Assembly: GCA_031553755.1 (NCBI GenBank)
Contig: JAVBKZ010000021.1
Coordinates: 28,251-92,250 of the forward strand
Direction: 5' to 3'
Source of the DNA: Bacteroidales bacterium
GTDB lineage: Bacteria; Bacteroidota; Bacteroidia; Bacteroidales; Azobacteroidaceae
DNA length: 64,000 nucleotides
Part shown: in pieces, positions 9,788 to 18,695 of the stretch
Numbering within the stretch: the first letter of the stretch is position 1
How the letters are laid out: each line of letters starts with the position of its first letter
The notes under the pieces: generated by a model
Seen by the model: the letters and a program-made list of their open reading frames with translations, nothing else
Database searches by the model: none
Told to the model about the DNA's origin: nothing
Made by a program: the position numbers and the translations under genes

Positions 9788-11860
9788 TTATTTTACGATT
9801 ACTTTTGTTGTGTTATTCTCAATGCTACTGTTTATTTGTACGATATAAATACCTTGACTTAAAGAGATGTCTTTTTGCGAAGAAGACAATTTGCCTTGAT
9901 TAATTTTCAAGCCTGCTATATTGTAAATAGCATAAGTTGCCGGAATATTTATATCTGACTGAATGCAAAGTTTTTTCTGTTCTGAATATATGTTGTAATG
10001 AGAACTCTTATTTACGGGTGTTACAATACCTGAACCTGTATGTTCTTTTCCAAATAATTGCCATTTGAGTAATTGTGTGTCGGGACTTCCGTTGTTGGTT
10101 TCAACATCCAACAGGAATTTGGAATAACCTTTCAAATCGTTGATGTCGAACCGCATGGTAGCGTAACGGCAAGGGAAAGCAAATTCAACTCGTCTGTCTA
10201 ATTCAACCCAACCAATTTCGTCGTTGTAACCGTTGAATGTCCATTTTGCAGGGTCACGGTCGGCGAAAGCATCAGCCGATGTCAATGTGTATGATGTTAA
10301 TTGATAAGCTTTTCCTAAATCAATTTCTACATAAAATTGTTTGCTTCCACTCATGTAATATTTACTATTCAATTTCCGGTTGAACAGGTTGTAGAATTTT
10401 TCCGACCAATCGGTTCCAAATGCTCCTTCGGGGTATCCTGTCGCGTTGGTTGTAACATTTACACCTTCGGTTATATCTTGTGGAAAGCTTTTGCCATCTG
10501 TGTTAGTCAGATAAGGAACACCAAACAATTGCCATTCAGCTACATTGATATCAGTACTTCCTTTGGCGGTCAGGCGATAATATTGCGCTGACTGTGTAGC
10601 TCCATCGCCATACGACCTGTTTATGGTAAATAAATAAGCTCCCGACAAATCGGTAGAAGAATTGGATGTTACTGTTTTCCATGTAGTGCCATTGGTCGAT
10701 GATTCTAATGTCCATTTGGTAACATCTTCGATTTCGTCAGTACCGGAAGATAACAGGTAGCCTGTGAGAAGAATCGGATATTTACATTTAGCAGTGATTT
10801 GAGTAGAAGTAACTCCTGGTACGTTATAAATGGTAAATTCGCTGTTATCAGTTACATAAGACAATGTTTCGTTGTTGTATTGTGCTGTAATTTCAGCTTC
10901 ATCTGTAAAATCGGAGATGAACGAAAGGTTTTCTACTTCCGGTTGTGGGATGGATTCGTTTGTTTGGTGTATTTCAAATTTATCCAAGTTAGGACCATCA
11001 TCATTGTATGTTCCGAAAGTGAGTTTGTTTTTCCCTTTATCCAAATAAATCAGCGTAGAAACTTCGGCAGGAGGCGCGTCATTCCAATTCTGGGAATCTT
11101 TTGTCCTTATAATTGATTTTTTGTACTGGTTGACTTTGATAGATAGATTCCTTGACGAACCCATGGAAAAAACTTTTAATTGATAAGTTCCTGTTTCCGG
11201 TATTTCGACATCAACAAATTGCAGGTGAGATTTTGCACTTTGGTTGAAGTCGCCGATATATTTTCCTCCGGATAATCCGCTGATGGTAGAACCATCTAAA
11301 GGTTTGACTTTCAGACTCCCGAATAAGCGGGCGTTTTCCGCTTCCAAAAGAATAGGAAATTCTCCGGGTTGGGCTGCGGTCAGGATTTCAAACTTATCCA
11401 TGTTTGGTCCGCCTTGTCCGGAAGGGTAAGGTGTGATTATTATTGTATTTTTCCCTTGGTTCAAATTAATGTAAACGCTCATTGTTTCTGTAGGAGGAGC
11501 ATTCCAATCGGATGTAGATTTAACTGTGGCTGAAACTACTTCCGAAAGATTATTGGCCTTGATAGCGATAGAGCGCGAACCTACGCAAGTGTAATACGTT
11601 TTAAATTCGTATCTTCCTGCTTTGTTTACTTCAACATCTGCAAAGGTAATTGCGCTTCCGGCATCATTGTCGCCCACGTATGCATTGCCCGAATAGCCGT
11701 TTACAGACTTTACTTTTGCCGGAGCTGTCAGTGTTCCGGATTCCGCTTCAAGTGAAACGACTAATTCCTGAGCTTTTAATGTTGATGATAACAACAATAA
11801 TAAAAAACTGCAAAGCAATATTTTTAACTTGATAAAATTCATTGTATTTCTATTAGTCAT
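9788..11860 (-). CDS. T9SS-targeted non-catalytic carbohydrate-binding protein (two CBM6/35-like plus two discoidin-like modules)
   Basis: The ORF starts at a GTG (11878) inside the hairpin repeat, so the ATG at 11860 is preferred (MTNRNTMNFIKLKILLCSFLLLLLSSTLKAQ); the ATG at 11842 is also possible. CBM-like modules LEAESGTLTAPAKVKSVNGYSGNAYVGDN and LEAENARLFGSLKV..SGGKYIGDF. Two F5/8-C-like modules ending AEWQLFG and LKWQLFG. T9SS-like tail (YAIYNIAGLKI..GIYIVQI..TKVIVK). No recognisable catalytic domain. Confidence 0.65.
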   Translation of the reverse strand: MTNRNTMNFIKLKILLCSFLLLLLSSTLKAQELVVSLEAESGTLTAPAKVKSVNGYSGNAYVGDNDAGSAITFADVEVNKAGRYEFKTYYTCVGSRSIAIKANNLSEVVSATVKSTSDWNAPPTETMSVYINLNQGKNTIIITPYPSGQGGPNMDKFEILTAAQPGEFPILLEAENARLFGSLKVKPLDGSTISGLSGGKYIGDFNQSAKSHLQFVDVEIPETGTYQLKVFSMGSSRNLSIKVNQYKKSIIRTKDSQNWNDAPPAEVSTLIYLDKGKNKLTFGTYNDDGPNLDKFEIHQTNESIPQPEVENLSFISDFTDEAEITAQYNNETLSYVTDNSEFTIYNVPGVTSTQITAKCKYPILLTGYLLSSGTDEIEDVTKWTLESSTNGTTWKTVTSNSSTDLSGAYLFTINRSYGDGATQSAQYYRLTAKGSTDINVAEWQLFGVPYLTNTDGKSFPQDITEGVNVTTNATGYPEGAFGTDWSEKFYNLFNRKLNSKYYMSGSKQFYVEIDLGKAYQLTSYTLTSADAFADRDPAKWTFNGYNDEIGWVELDRRVEFAFPCRYATMRFDINDLKGYSKFLLDVETNNGSPDTQLLKWQLFGKEHTGSGIVTPVNKSSHYNIYSEQKKLCIQSDINIPATYAIYNIAGLKINQGKLSSSQKDISLSQGIYIVQINSSIENNTTKVIVK

Positions 11861-11870
11861 AATTTCAATT

Positions 11871-11965
11871 TTTAACACGGAGTAAAAAGGAGTTTATTTT
11901 GTGGAGTTTTACGAAGTTTTAAATTAAACTCTGTGAATTATTCTCTGTGTTACTCCGTGTTTAAA
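11871..11965. repeat. Intergenic word-periodic hairpin element (CACGGAG word type)
   Basis: AACACGGAGTAA (11874-11885) is the perfect complement of TTACTCCGTGTT (11950-11961). Inner words GTGGAGTTTTACGAAGTTT / AAACTCTGTGAATTATTCTCTGTG. Near-identical termini to the element at 9687-9779. Confidence 0.7.
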
Positions 11966-11979
11966 TAATTTTTATTGTA

Positions 11980-14145
11980 TCACTTGATTTTTACTTCTAT
12001 TCCCTTCGATAAAGTTCCTTTTCCTTTGTAAACTTTTCCATTAAGAAGTACTTCTACATTGATATTTTTGATTTCTTTTTCTATTTTTCTTTTGCCTTCT
12101 CGGCTTGCCAATTTAACATTTACCGTATTACCGTTTTTTTCGGCAGAGAAAGTCATCAGACTGTAATCTCCACATTGGAAAGCCCATCCGTCACCGGCAT
12201 CGGTGTAGAGTTTTCCTTGTGCTTTTCCTTGTTCGTCCAAACAGACAATCAGTGTAAGCGGGTCGAAAGAGTTTTCGTTGGTATTTTGAGTAATTTTTCC
12301 GGCAGGAATAATGCTTCCGCCTCTCACTTTCAATTTAGCTTGATATTTGTCGTATAAATCACCATCGACCAAACTTAATTCTTCCCAAATTCCTAAAGGC
12401 AAAGTAGGATTTGTTGAAAATCCGGGAACAACTAATAAATTTTCTCCCATCAAAAAAGCTTCTTGCTCGCTTCTCAATCTCAAATCCTGAGGATTGGCAA
12501 AAAAGACGGGCGCCATTAATGGCATACCGGTTTGAGAAGCATCATAAAATAAGGTGTAGATATATGGAAGCAAACGATAACGGCGTTCCAACGCGATGCG
12601 TGAAGTCTTTTCGATAGATTCTCCGAAAGCCCAAGGTTCTTTGTCATTGGTTCCGGCACAAGCATGTCCGCGCACAAAAGGCATAAATACGCCGAATCCT
12701 AACCAGTTTGCCCATAAATCGCCATCGGTATTATTTAAGAATCCGCCAATATCAGGTCCGTTATAAGGTTGTCCGGATAAGCCTAAAGTAATAGACATTG
12801 GAACAGAAAGTTTCATGTGGTCTTGTCCTGCCCAGTTGTCACCAGTCCAGGTAGCCGCATAACGTTGTCCTCCAAGTAAGTTTGAACGAGTCAGGATAAA
12901 CGGACGCTTATCGGGATTCACAGCTTTGATGCCTTCCAATGAGGCTTCAACCATTAATCTTCCGTAAGCATTGTGGTATAATAAATGTGAGCCGGCAGGT
13001 AAATTACCTCCACCTCTGTGTGGAGTGTCGTAAGGCATGGTGCCTAATCGTTGACTTTCGGGCAATTCATTGTCATTCACGGCAGGTTCGTTCATGTCGT
13101 TCCAGATTCCATCCATTCCTTTTGCCAAGAAATCTTTGTAAAGTCCCGACCACCATTTCCTGACATCAGGATTTGTAAAATCAGGGAAAGCGCAGTCACC
13201 CGGCCATACTTTTCCGTGATATTCTTCTCCGTTGGGTTTTTTCACCCAAACATCGTTGGCTTTTCCCGATTGGTAAATACTATAGTTATTGTCTACTTTT
13301 ACTCCCGGGTCAATCATGTAAACCGCACGGAATCCTTTTTTATGTAAATCGTCATTCAATGCCCTTGGGTCGGGGAAGTTGGTTTGATTGAATGTGAAAA
13401 CCCGGTATCCGTCCATGTAGTCAATGTCCATCCAGATTACATCACAAGGGATATTTTTCGCACGGAAAGTGTCGGCTATTTCACGTACTCTTTGTTCGGT
13501 TCCATACGAGAAACGGCATTGGTGATAGCCTAACGTCCAACGGGCAGGCATTTGGATCGTACCTGTCATTTCGGCCAATCCTTTCAATACCGCTTGCGGA
13601 GATTCGCGGTCGATGATATATACCCGGAAAAGCGCGCCTTCCGTATTGAATTCAATTTCATCTGATTTGGTGTAAAGTTCTGATTTCCAGGAAGAGTCGA
13701 AAATAATTCCGAATGCAGTTCCATCGTTTCTGACTCCCATCACCCAAGGATGGCTTTGGTAAAGTCTTTTACCACCGTCCACTCCATAAGCTCCGGTATC
13801 TGTGTTCCATAATTTAATGTATTGTCCGTTGCGTAAAAGCGGTCCGGTAACTTCTCCGCCTCCATATAAACTGATATCTCCTGTTAATTTCAAAGAAGCG
13901 TTTGCTTTTCCATTAATTACCGTAAATTCCGGAGCCAAAGTCCAATTAGCAGGAACCGAGCCTTTGGCTGTTGGTTCTTCTTTCAGGATTAATGATGGTG
14001 TTTTTGTTTGGTCGAAACCAACCGGTATAAATTCGACAATCCGGTCGCCTACCAGTGTTGTTTTTTGTATGGATACTTTTTCCGCATTGACATTGACAAT
14101 GCAGAGAAGCAGAATGAAAAAAGGTACTAATTTTTTGAAATTCAT
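11980..14145 (-). CDS. GH31 alpha-glucosidase-like enzyme
   Basis: Signal peptide MNFKKLVPFFILLLCIVNVNAEK. GH31 signatures IPCDVIWMDIDYMDGYRVFTF and GMDGIWNDMNEPAV. Confidence 0.85.
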   Translation of the reverse strand: MNFKKLVPFFILLLCIVNVNAEKVSIQKTTLVGDRIVEFIPVGFDQTKTPSLILKEEPTAKGSVPANWTLAPEFTVINGKANASLKLTGDISLYGGGEVTGPLLRNGQYIKLWNTDTGAYGVDGGKRLYQSHPWVMGVRNDGTAFGIIFDSSWKSELYTKSDEIEFNTEGALFRVYIIDRESPQAVLKGLAEMTGTIQMPARWTLGYHQCRFSYGTEQRVREIADTFRAKNIPCDVIWMDIDYMDGYRVFTFNQTNFPDPRALNDDLHKKGFRAVYMIDPGVKVDNNYSIYQSGKANDVWVKKPNGEEYHGKVWPGDCAFPDFTNPDVRKWWSGLYKDFLAKGMDGIWNDMNEPAVNDNELPESQRLGTMPYDTPHRGGGNLPAGSHLLYHNAYGRLMVEASLEGIKAVNPDKRPFILTRSNLLGGQRYAATWTGDNWAGQDHMKLSVPMSITLGLSGQPYNGPDIGGFLNNTDGDLWANWLGFGVFMPFVRGHACAGTNDKEPWAFGESIEKTSRIALERRYRLLPYIYTLFYDASQTGMPLMAPVFFANPQDLRLRSEQEAFLMGENLLVVPGFSTNPTLPLGIWEELSLVDGDLYDKYQAKLKVRGGSIIPAGKITQNTNENSFDPLTLIVCLDEQGKAQGKLYTDAGDGWAFQCGDYSLMTFSAEKNGNTVNVKLASREGKRKIEKEIKNINVEVLLNGKVYKGKGTLSKGIEVKIK

Positions 14146-14170
14146 GATTATTGTAATTTATATTTGATAT

Positions 14171-15385
14171 TCAGTTGACGAGTGTTGCCATTCTCGCATA
14201 CATCTCTATGATTGCTCCTTGTGTCAGTAAGTCTTTTTCCGTATCAGTCGTCCTTCCGCTGAGGTCGGAGTTAAACAATCCCGTTTGGGAATCCCTGGCA
14301 TATTTCCAGGCATGATTGAGAGATTGCCTGAACGAAGTGATGTACTTCGTGTCTTTATCGACTTGGTACAATTCGGCAAATCCGCGTAACATTACGGCAT
14401 TAAACCACAGGCTTCCTTTTTTAAGAATGGTGATTGTTTCGCCGGTAGTCAATGTGTATTTTTCGAAGAAATAATTATGAGCAGATTCCGCTATTTGCTT
14501 TGCTTCATTCAGATATGTTTCGTTTTTTGTGATGTTATACAGAAGCACAGCCGCTTGCAACATTTGTCCGGAATTATAAGAATACTTCGGTTTTTCTATT
14601 GTTCCGTTTGTTTTGATGTTATCCCAATACAAATAATCAGATTTATCTTGCAAGTTATCTTTTGTCCATTTGTATAATTCTTTGGAAGTTTCCAAATAAG
14701 TATTGTCTTTTGTCGAATTATAAAGTTTTAGACCTAAAACTGCGGCAGGAGCATTCGAACAGGTGTTTTTGCTGTTTTTTTCTCCTTCTTTCCAGTAGAT
14801 TCCTCCACCGAGCACGTTGTCTTTTCCGGACATAAGGAATGTCCAAATCGTTTTGGCTTTATCCAGGTACCAAGTTTCTTTTGTTTTGTCGTATAACTCA
14901 ACCAAATCGATTCCCAACCACATGTTGTCGTCGTAAAAACGGTCGTCCCAACTATTGGCAAAACAAGCATAAGCCGCCGGGTTCTTGCTTGTATTATAGT
15001 ATATTTCAAGTCCGTTAGTAATCTTGGTTTTGTATTTGTGTTGAAATTCATAAGATGAAGGAGAATGTTGAAAAATGGTATTGTACGCGGATAAAACGGC
15101 ACCATATCCCCAAACAAAAGCATACCCCAATTCATAATCATAACTGCTGGTGTTTTTATTGGTTTTCATCAAATTGGGATATTTGTCGTACATGATTTTC
15201 ATGTCGTTATACCAATACAGTTCGAACATTTTGTCGAATGTAGCCTCGGCTCTTTGGATATAAACAGAGTCTATATCACCTTTTACCGGCGGTTTGGTAG
15301 GCGTGATATCCGCTTGTTCATCATCCGAGCAGCCATAAAAAGCCAAAGCAAGTAATGACAATAGTATATAATAATTCTTCTTCAT
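14171..15385 (-). CDS. GH76-family alpha-1,6-mannanase-like lipoprotein
   Basis: Lipoprotein signal MKKNYYILLSLLALAFYGCSDD. GH76-like motifs FYDDNMWLGIDLVELY, GGGIYWKEG, YSYNSGQMLQAAVLLY. Confidence 0.8.
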   Translation of the reverse strand: MKKNYYILLSLLALAFYGCSDDEQADITPTKPPVKGDIDSVYIQRAEATFDKMFELYWYNDMKIMYDKYPNLMKTNKNTSSYDYELGYAFVWGYGAVLSAYNTIFQHSPSSYEFQHKYKTKITNGLEIYYNTSKNPAAYACFANSWDDRFYDDNMWLGIDLVELYDKTKETWYLDKAKTIWTFLMSGKDNVLGGGIYWKEGEKNSKNTCSNAPAAVLGLKLYNSTKDNTYLETSKELYKWTKDNLQDKSDYLYWDNIKTNGTIEKPKYSYNSGQMLQAAVLLYNITKNETYLNEAKQIAESAHNYFFEKYTLTTGETITILKKGSLWFNAVMLRGFAELYQVDKDTKYITSFRQSLNHAWKYARDSQTGLFNSDLSGRTTDTEKDLLTQGAIIEMYARMATLVN

Positions 15386-15399
15386 TTTTTATTGATTTT

Positions 15400-15498
15400 A
15401 CCTCTCCCCCGCCCTCCCCACAAGGGAGGGAGCTGCTTGCGCCAGATAATATGCGTCAGCAATTCCCCTCTCTTGCGGAGAGGGGTTAGGGGAGAGGT
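15400..15498. repeat. GC-rich compound hairpin element (CCTCTCCCC / GGGGAGAGG words)
   Basis: Outer ACCTCTCCCC (15400-15409) pairs with GGGGAGAGGT (15489-15498). Inner local hairpins CCCTCCC-cacaa-GGGAGGG and CCCCTCTC-ttgc-GAGAGGGG. Strongly G/C-rich compared with the flanking AT-rich DNA. Confidence 0.7.
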
Positions 15499-15504
15499 GT
15501 ATTT

Positions 15505-16611
15505 TTATTGTTTTACAAAATGGATTGTATTATTTTCCGTATCCAATGTTATTTTATAAGTACCTGCTTGTTCTGTTGTTACTTTCCATTTCAAATCCGG
15601 ATCCCCACTATAGACCTGAGTCGCCGTTTCTGTGATAGAACCATTGGTGTTTTCTGCCATTGGTCTGAATGTCGCGGCTTCCCATCTTTTTTCAGTCAGA
15701 ATCTTCAATTCACCTGCTTTTAAAGTGGTCTGAATAGTAAATATAGCCGGATTAGCCGCATCAACAATCATTGGTACAGCGTTATCAGTACTCCATCCCG
15801 CGGTTGTCGCGTCACCAACCAAATATAAGTTTTGATACTTAACCGACTTGGTCCAGATTTTCATCTCTTTGAGTGAAAGTTGGATGCTGTATGTTCCTTC
15901 CGATTTAATTTTGAAATAATTGTCAGGATCACTTGCAGATTCTCTTTTTACCAACAGGCTGTCTTCCGCTCCTCTATTTAAAGAAGGTAACATGGATTCC
16001 TGACTATACAAAAACTTATATTCTCCCGGTTTTAATGTTCCTTTCCAAGTATATACCCTACCGTTCGAAACTTCGTTCAATTTGATGGACTTACTCATAT
16101 CCATACCCGCTTCGGTAGCGCTACCTAACATGTATAACGGCATAGATTTCGGGACGTATGTTTGTACCGACACTTGCTTGATGTCAATTTCGGGATATTG
16201 AAATTTAGGGCCTATTACTTTCGCGCAAATACGGCCTTCGATAGTTGTTTCTTGTCCTGCAACACCTCCCCATTTTTCTACGATGTAAGTATACAATTGT
16301 TCATTAGTAAAACTAACCGAATACACACCATCTTCAGTGATGATAGGGTCAATCGCTGTCTCGAAATCATCTCCGGCTTTGTCTAACCTGAATACGTACA
16401 TAAAGCTATATCCAGGTCCTATTTCGGTGGCTTTTGTCCATGTGAAAGTCAATACTTCTTCATCGGGATTGTTTTGATCCAAAACAACTTTATCTACCGA
16501 AGGAGAAAGTTTCAACTGGTCGCGTACAGGCGCTTCGTCATCATCGTTATCGCATGCCGTGAAAAAAGGCAATGCCATCAAGCATATTAAAAATTTATAT
16601 AATGTCTTCAT
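15505..16611 (-). CDS. SusE/SusF-like outer-membrane glycan-binding lipoprotein
   Basis: Lipoprotein signal MKTLYKFLICLMALPFFTACDNDD. Position immediately downstream of SusD. Beta-sandwich-like repeats (YLVGDATTAGWS..) typical of SusE/F-position proteins. Family assignment rests on context and weak motifs. Confidence 0.6.
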   Translation of the reverse strand: MKTLYKFLICLMALPFFTACDNDDDEAPVRDQLKLSPSVDKVVLDQNNPDEEVLTFTWTKATEIGPGYSFMYVFRLDKAGDDFETAIDPIITEDGVYSVSFTNEQLYTYIVEKWGGVAGQETTIEGRICAKVIGPKFQYPEIDIKQVSVQTYVPKSMPLYMLGSATEAGMDMSKSIKLNEVSNGRVYTWKGTLKPGEYKFLYSQESMLPSLNRGAEDSLLVKRESASDPDNYFKIKSEGTYSIQLSLKEMKIWTKSVKYQNLYLVGDATTAGWSTDNAVPMIVDAANPAIFTIQTTLKAGELKILTEKRWEAATFRPMAENTNGSITETATQVYSGDPDLKWKVTTEQAGTYKITLDTENNTIHFVKQ

Positions 16612-16628
16612 TGAAATATGTTTTAAAG

Positions 16629-16699
16629 TTTTAATGTTTAATGTTTAGTGTTGAACGTTGAAAGCAAATCAATTCACATTCAACATTCAACGTTCAACA
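16629..16699. repeat. Intergenic hairpin built from tandem 7-nt words (TTTAATG/TTGAACG vs TTCAACG/TTCAACA)
   Basis: TGTTGAACGTTGAA (16649-16662) is the perfect complement of TTCAACGTTCAACA (16686-16699). The left side continues as GTTTTAATGTTTAATGTTTAGTG and the right side as TTCAACATTCAACGTTCAACA. Confidence 0.65.
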
Positions 16700-16703
16700 A
16701 TTA

Positions 16704-18686
16704 TTACCATTTAGGAATTTGCTTCAAATTCGGATTTTTATCAATCTGATTTTGATGCACAGGAAGCCAATAGTTTTTGTCGCTGAAAGCCCGGGTAATA
16801 TACACTTTACGAACATAATAAGATGCCAGATCACTTTCATTATCACTATTTTTAGTGCCTTCGGCATTCATGCCATCAAAATTGCCTCTCAGCAAATCCA
16901 TTTGTTTCCATCGGCGGATATCGTCAAAACGAATAGCAAATTCGCAATTGAATTCCACACGACGTTCACGGCGGATAATATCACGCATTCCTTCTTGTGA
17001 GGTTGGAGCCGGAATTTGATCAACTCCGGGACCGTAAATCGGAATGCCAGCACGTTCTCTTATCAAGTTCACATAATGAAGAATTTCGTCTTTTTGCGAT
17101 GGATCCCATTCATTCAATGCTTCCGCGTAATTCAGGTAAGCTTCTCCCAAACGGTATAATATTCCCGGACGATAGGGTTTTACATTGTTTCGATTACTGT
17201 ATTCAGGATTCATTCTTTTTCTTAACAGATAGCCGTTTTGAGGAGCATCCCACGCATTACCCTTCGCTCCATCTATTCCATCAGTTCCTTTTTTATAGAA
17301 GTTTACATACCGGCTTGATTCACGGTAATAAGCTCCATTATAAAGTACTGACACATAAAAGCGAGGTTCCCGGTTTACATACATATTAAAAATTCCTGTA
17401 GGCACTACGGTATTAACTTCCTGTGAAGTTCTCGCGTCAGCACTTCCTTCAATCCATTTGGTTTTCCTTTTGTCGGGCTCACTTGAAAATCCTTTTTCCC
17501 TATAACCGGAAGCTTGGTTGATGATCGGTTTCCTGTCGGCAGTATAACCTGTAATGGCAGGTAACCCATTGCTCATAAAGAAGGCATCGACTATGCTTTG
17601 GGTAACCCCTAATCCTCCCGCACCACCTGAACCACCGGGAGCGGCATGGTATTGCATATCGTCCCAAGAGGTTTCAGACCGGGAGAATAGTATTTCTTTG
17701 TTACCCTGGTGATACTCTTTATAACACATATTGGAATAAGACATAAACGGATCTATTGATCCATCCTCATTGTATTCGTAATACAATTTATAATCTGCGG
17801 CATGAGCCGCGTCTATTAGTTCTTTACAAGCGATAACCGCTTTTTCCCATTTTTTAGGATCATAAGTGGAGTTAAAAATATGTTCACCTTTATTGTTTAC
17901 AAATCCGGCATAATCAGGATCTTCATTTCCATTGACTAACGGACTGGCGGCAAAAAGCAGCATTCTGGCTCTTACGGCTAATGCCATGATGGAGGTTGCT
18001 CTACCGTAAGGATATTTAAATCCGTGAGTGAGAGAAAAATCCGGATTATTAAGATAAGTGGGAGGTAATATTTTGGCGACATCCTGTAATTCCTTATCAA
18101 TCCAGTCAATTACATCGTTGTATGGATTTTGACCAATCATCAAAGTTGCCACAGGCTCATCAAAATCAGATAACCATGTTTGCAAAGGAATAGCACCATA
18201 AGTATTAACTAACAAATAATAATAATAAGCTATCAGGAAACGTGCTTCCGCTTTTAGGTTATCCACGTCAGCTTGGTAAAATTTTTGTTCAGGTAACGCT
18301 TTTAAATTCTCCAAAAAAACATAAGATTCTCTGATTTTTACAGGTAAATCGCCCCAGTAATTACCATTCCATGAGCTTTCCGAGTTCCAGTTACCTTTGA
18401 TTTTATCAATACAATCCCAATTACTGAAAGCAGACCAACCGGCAGAAGGAGAAAAATCATCGGCATAAGCGTCATAATTCCGCAATCCTTTCATGTAGGG
18501 ATCGGGGATGGAATTATACATTCCGGCCAACCAGTTTTCTATTTTAGCCCTATCATTGAAAACCATTTCCAAGGTTAATTCTCCATCGGGCGCGTTATCC
18601 AAGAAATCGGTACAAGAAGTGGCTGTGAAAACGCCAAACATCAATACTATGTATTTTAATATATTTTTTTTCATAAATATCTTCAT
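16704..18686 (-). CDS. SusD/RagB-family outer-membrane glycan-binding lipoprotein
   Basis: Lipoprotein signal ..VFTATSCTDFLD. Size, position directly after SusC, and typical C-terminal NYWLPVHQNQIDKNPNLKQIPKW-type ending. The start could instead be the ATG 12 nt downstream (MKKNIL). Confidence 0.85.
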   Translation of the reverse strand: MKIFMKKNILKYIVLMFGVFTATSCTDFLDNAPDGELTLEMVFNDRAKIENWLAGMYNSIPDPYMKGLRNYDAYADDFSPSAGWSAFSNWDCIDKIKGNWNSESSWNGNYWGDLPVKIRESYVFLENLKALPEQKFYQADVDNLKAEARFLIAYYYYLLVNTYGAIPLQTWLSDFDEPVATLMIGQNPYNDVIDWIDKELQDVAKILPPTYLNNPDFSLTHGFKYPYGRATSIMALAVRARMLLFAASPLVNGNEDPDYAGFVNNKGEHIFNSTYDPKKWEKAVIACKELIDAAHAADYKLYYEYNEDGSIDPFMSYSNMCYKEYHQGNKEILFSRSETSWDDMQYHAAPGGSGGAGGLGVTQSIVDAFFMSNGLPAITGYTADRKPIINQASGYREKGFSSEPDKRKTKWIEGSADARTSQEVNTVVPTGIFNMYVNREPRFYVSVLYNGAYYRESSRYVNFYKKGTDGIDGAKGNAWDAPQNGYLLRKRMNPEYSNRNNVKPYRPGILYRLGEAYLNYAEALNEWDPSQKDEILHYVNLIRERAGIPIYGPGVDQIPAPTSQEGMRDIIRRERRVEFNCEFAIRFDDIRRWKQMDLLRGNFDGMNAEGTKNSDNESDLASYYVRKVYITRAFSDKNYWLPVHQNQIDKNPNLKQIPKW

Positions 18687-18695
18687 TTTTATTCA

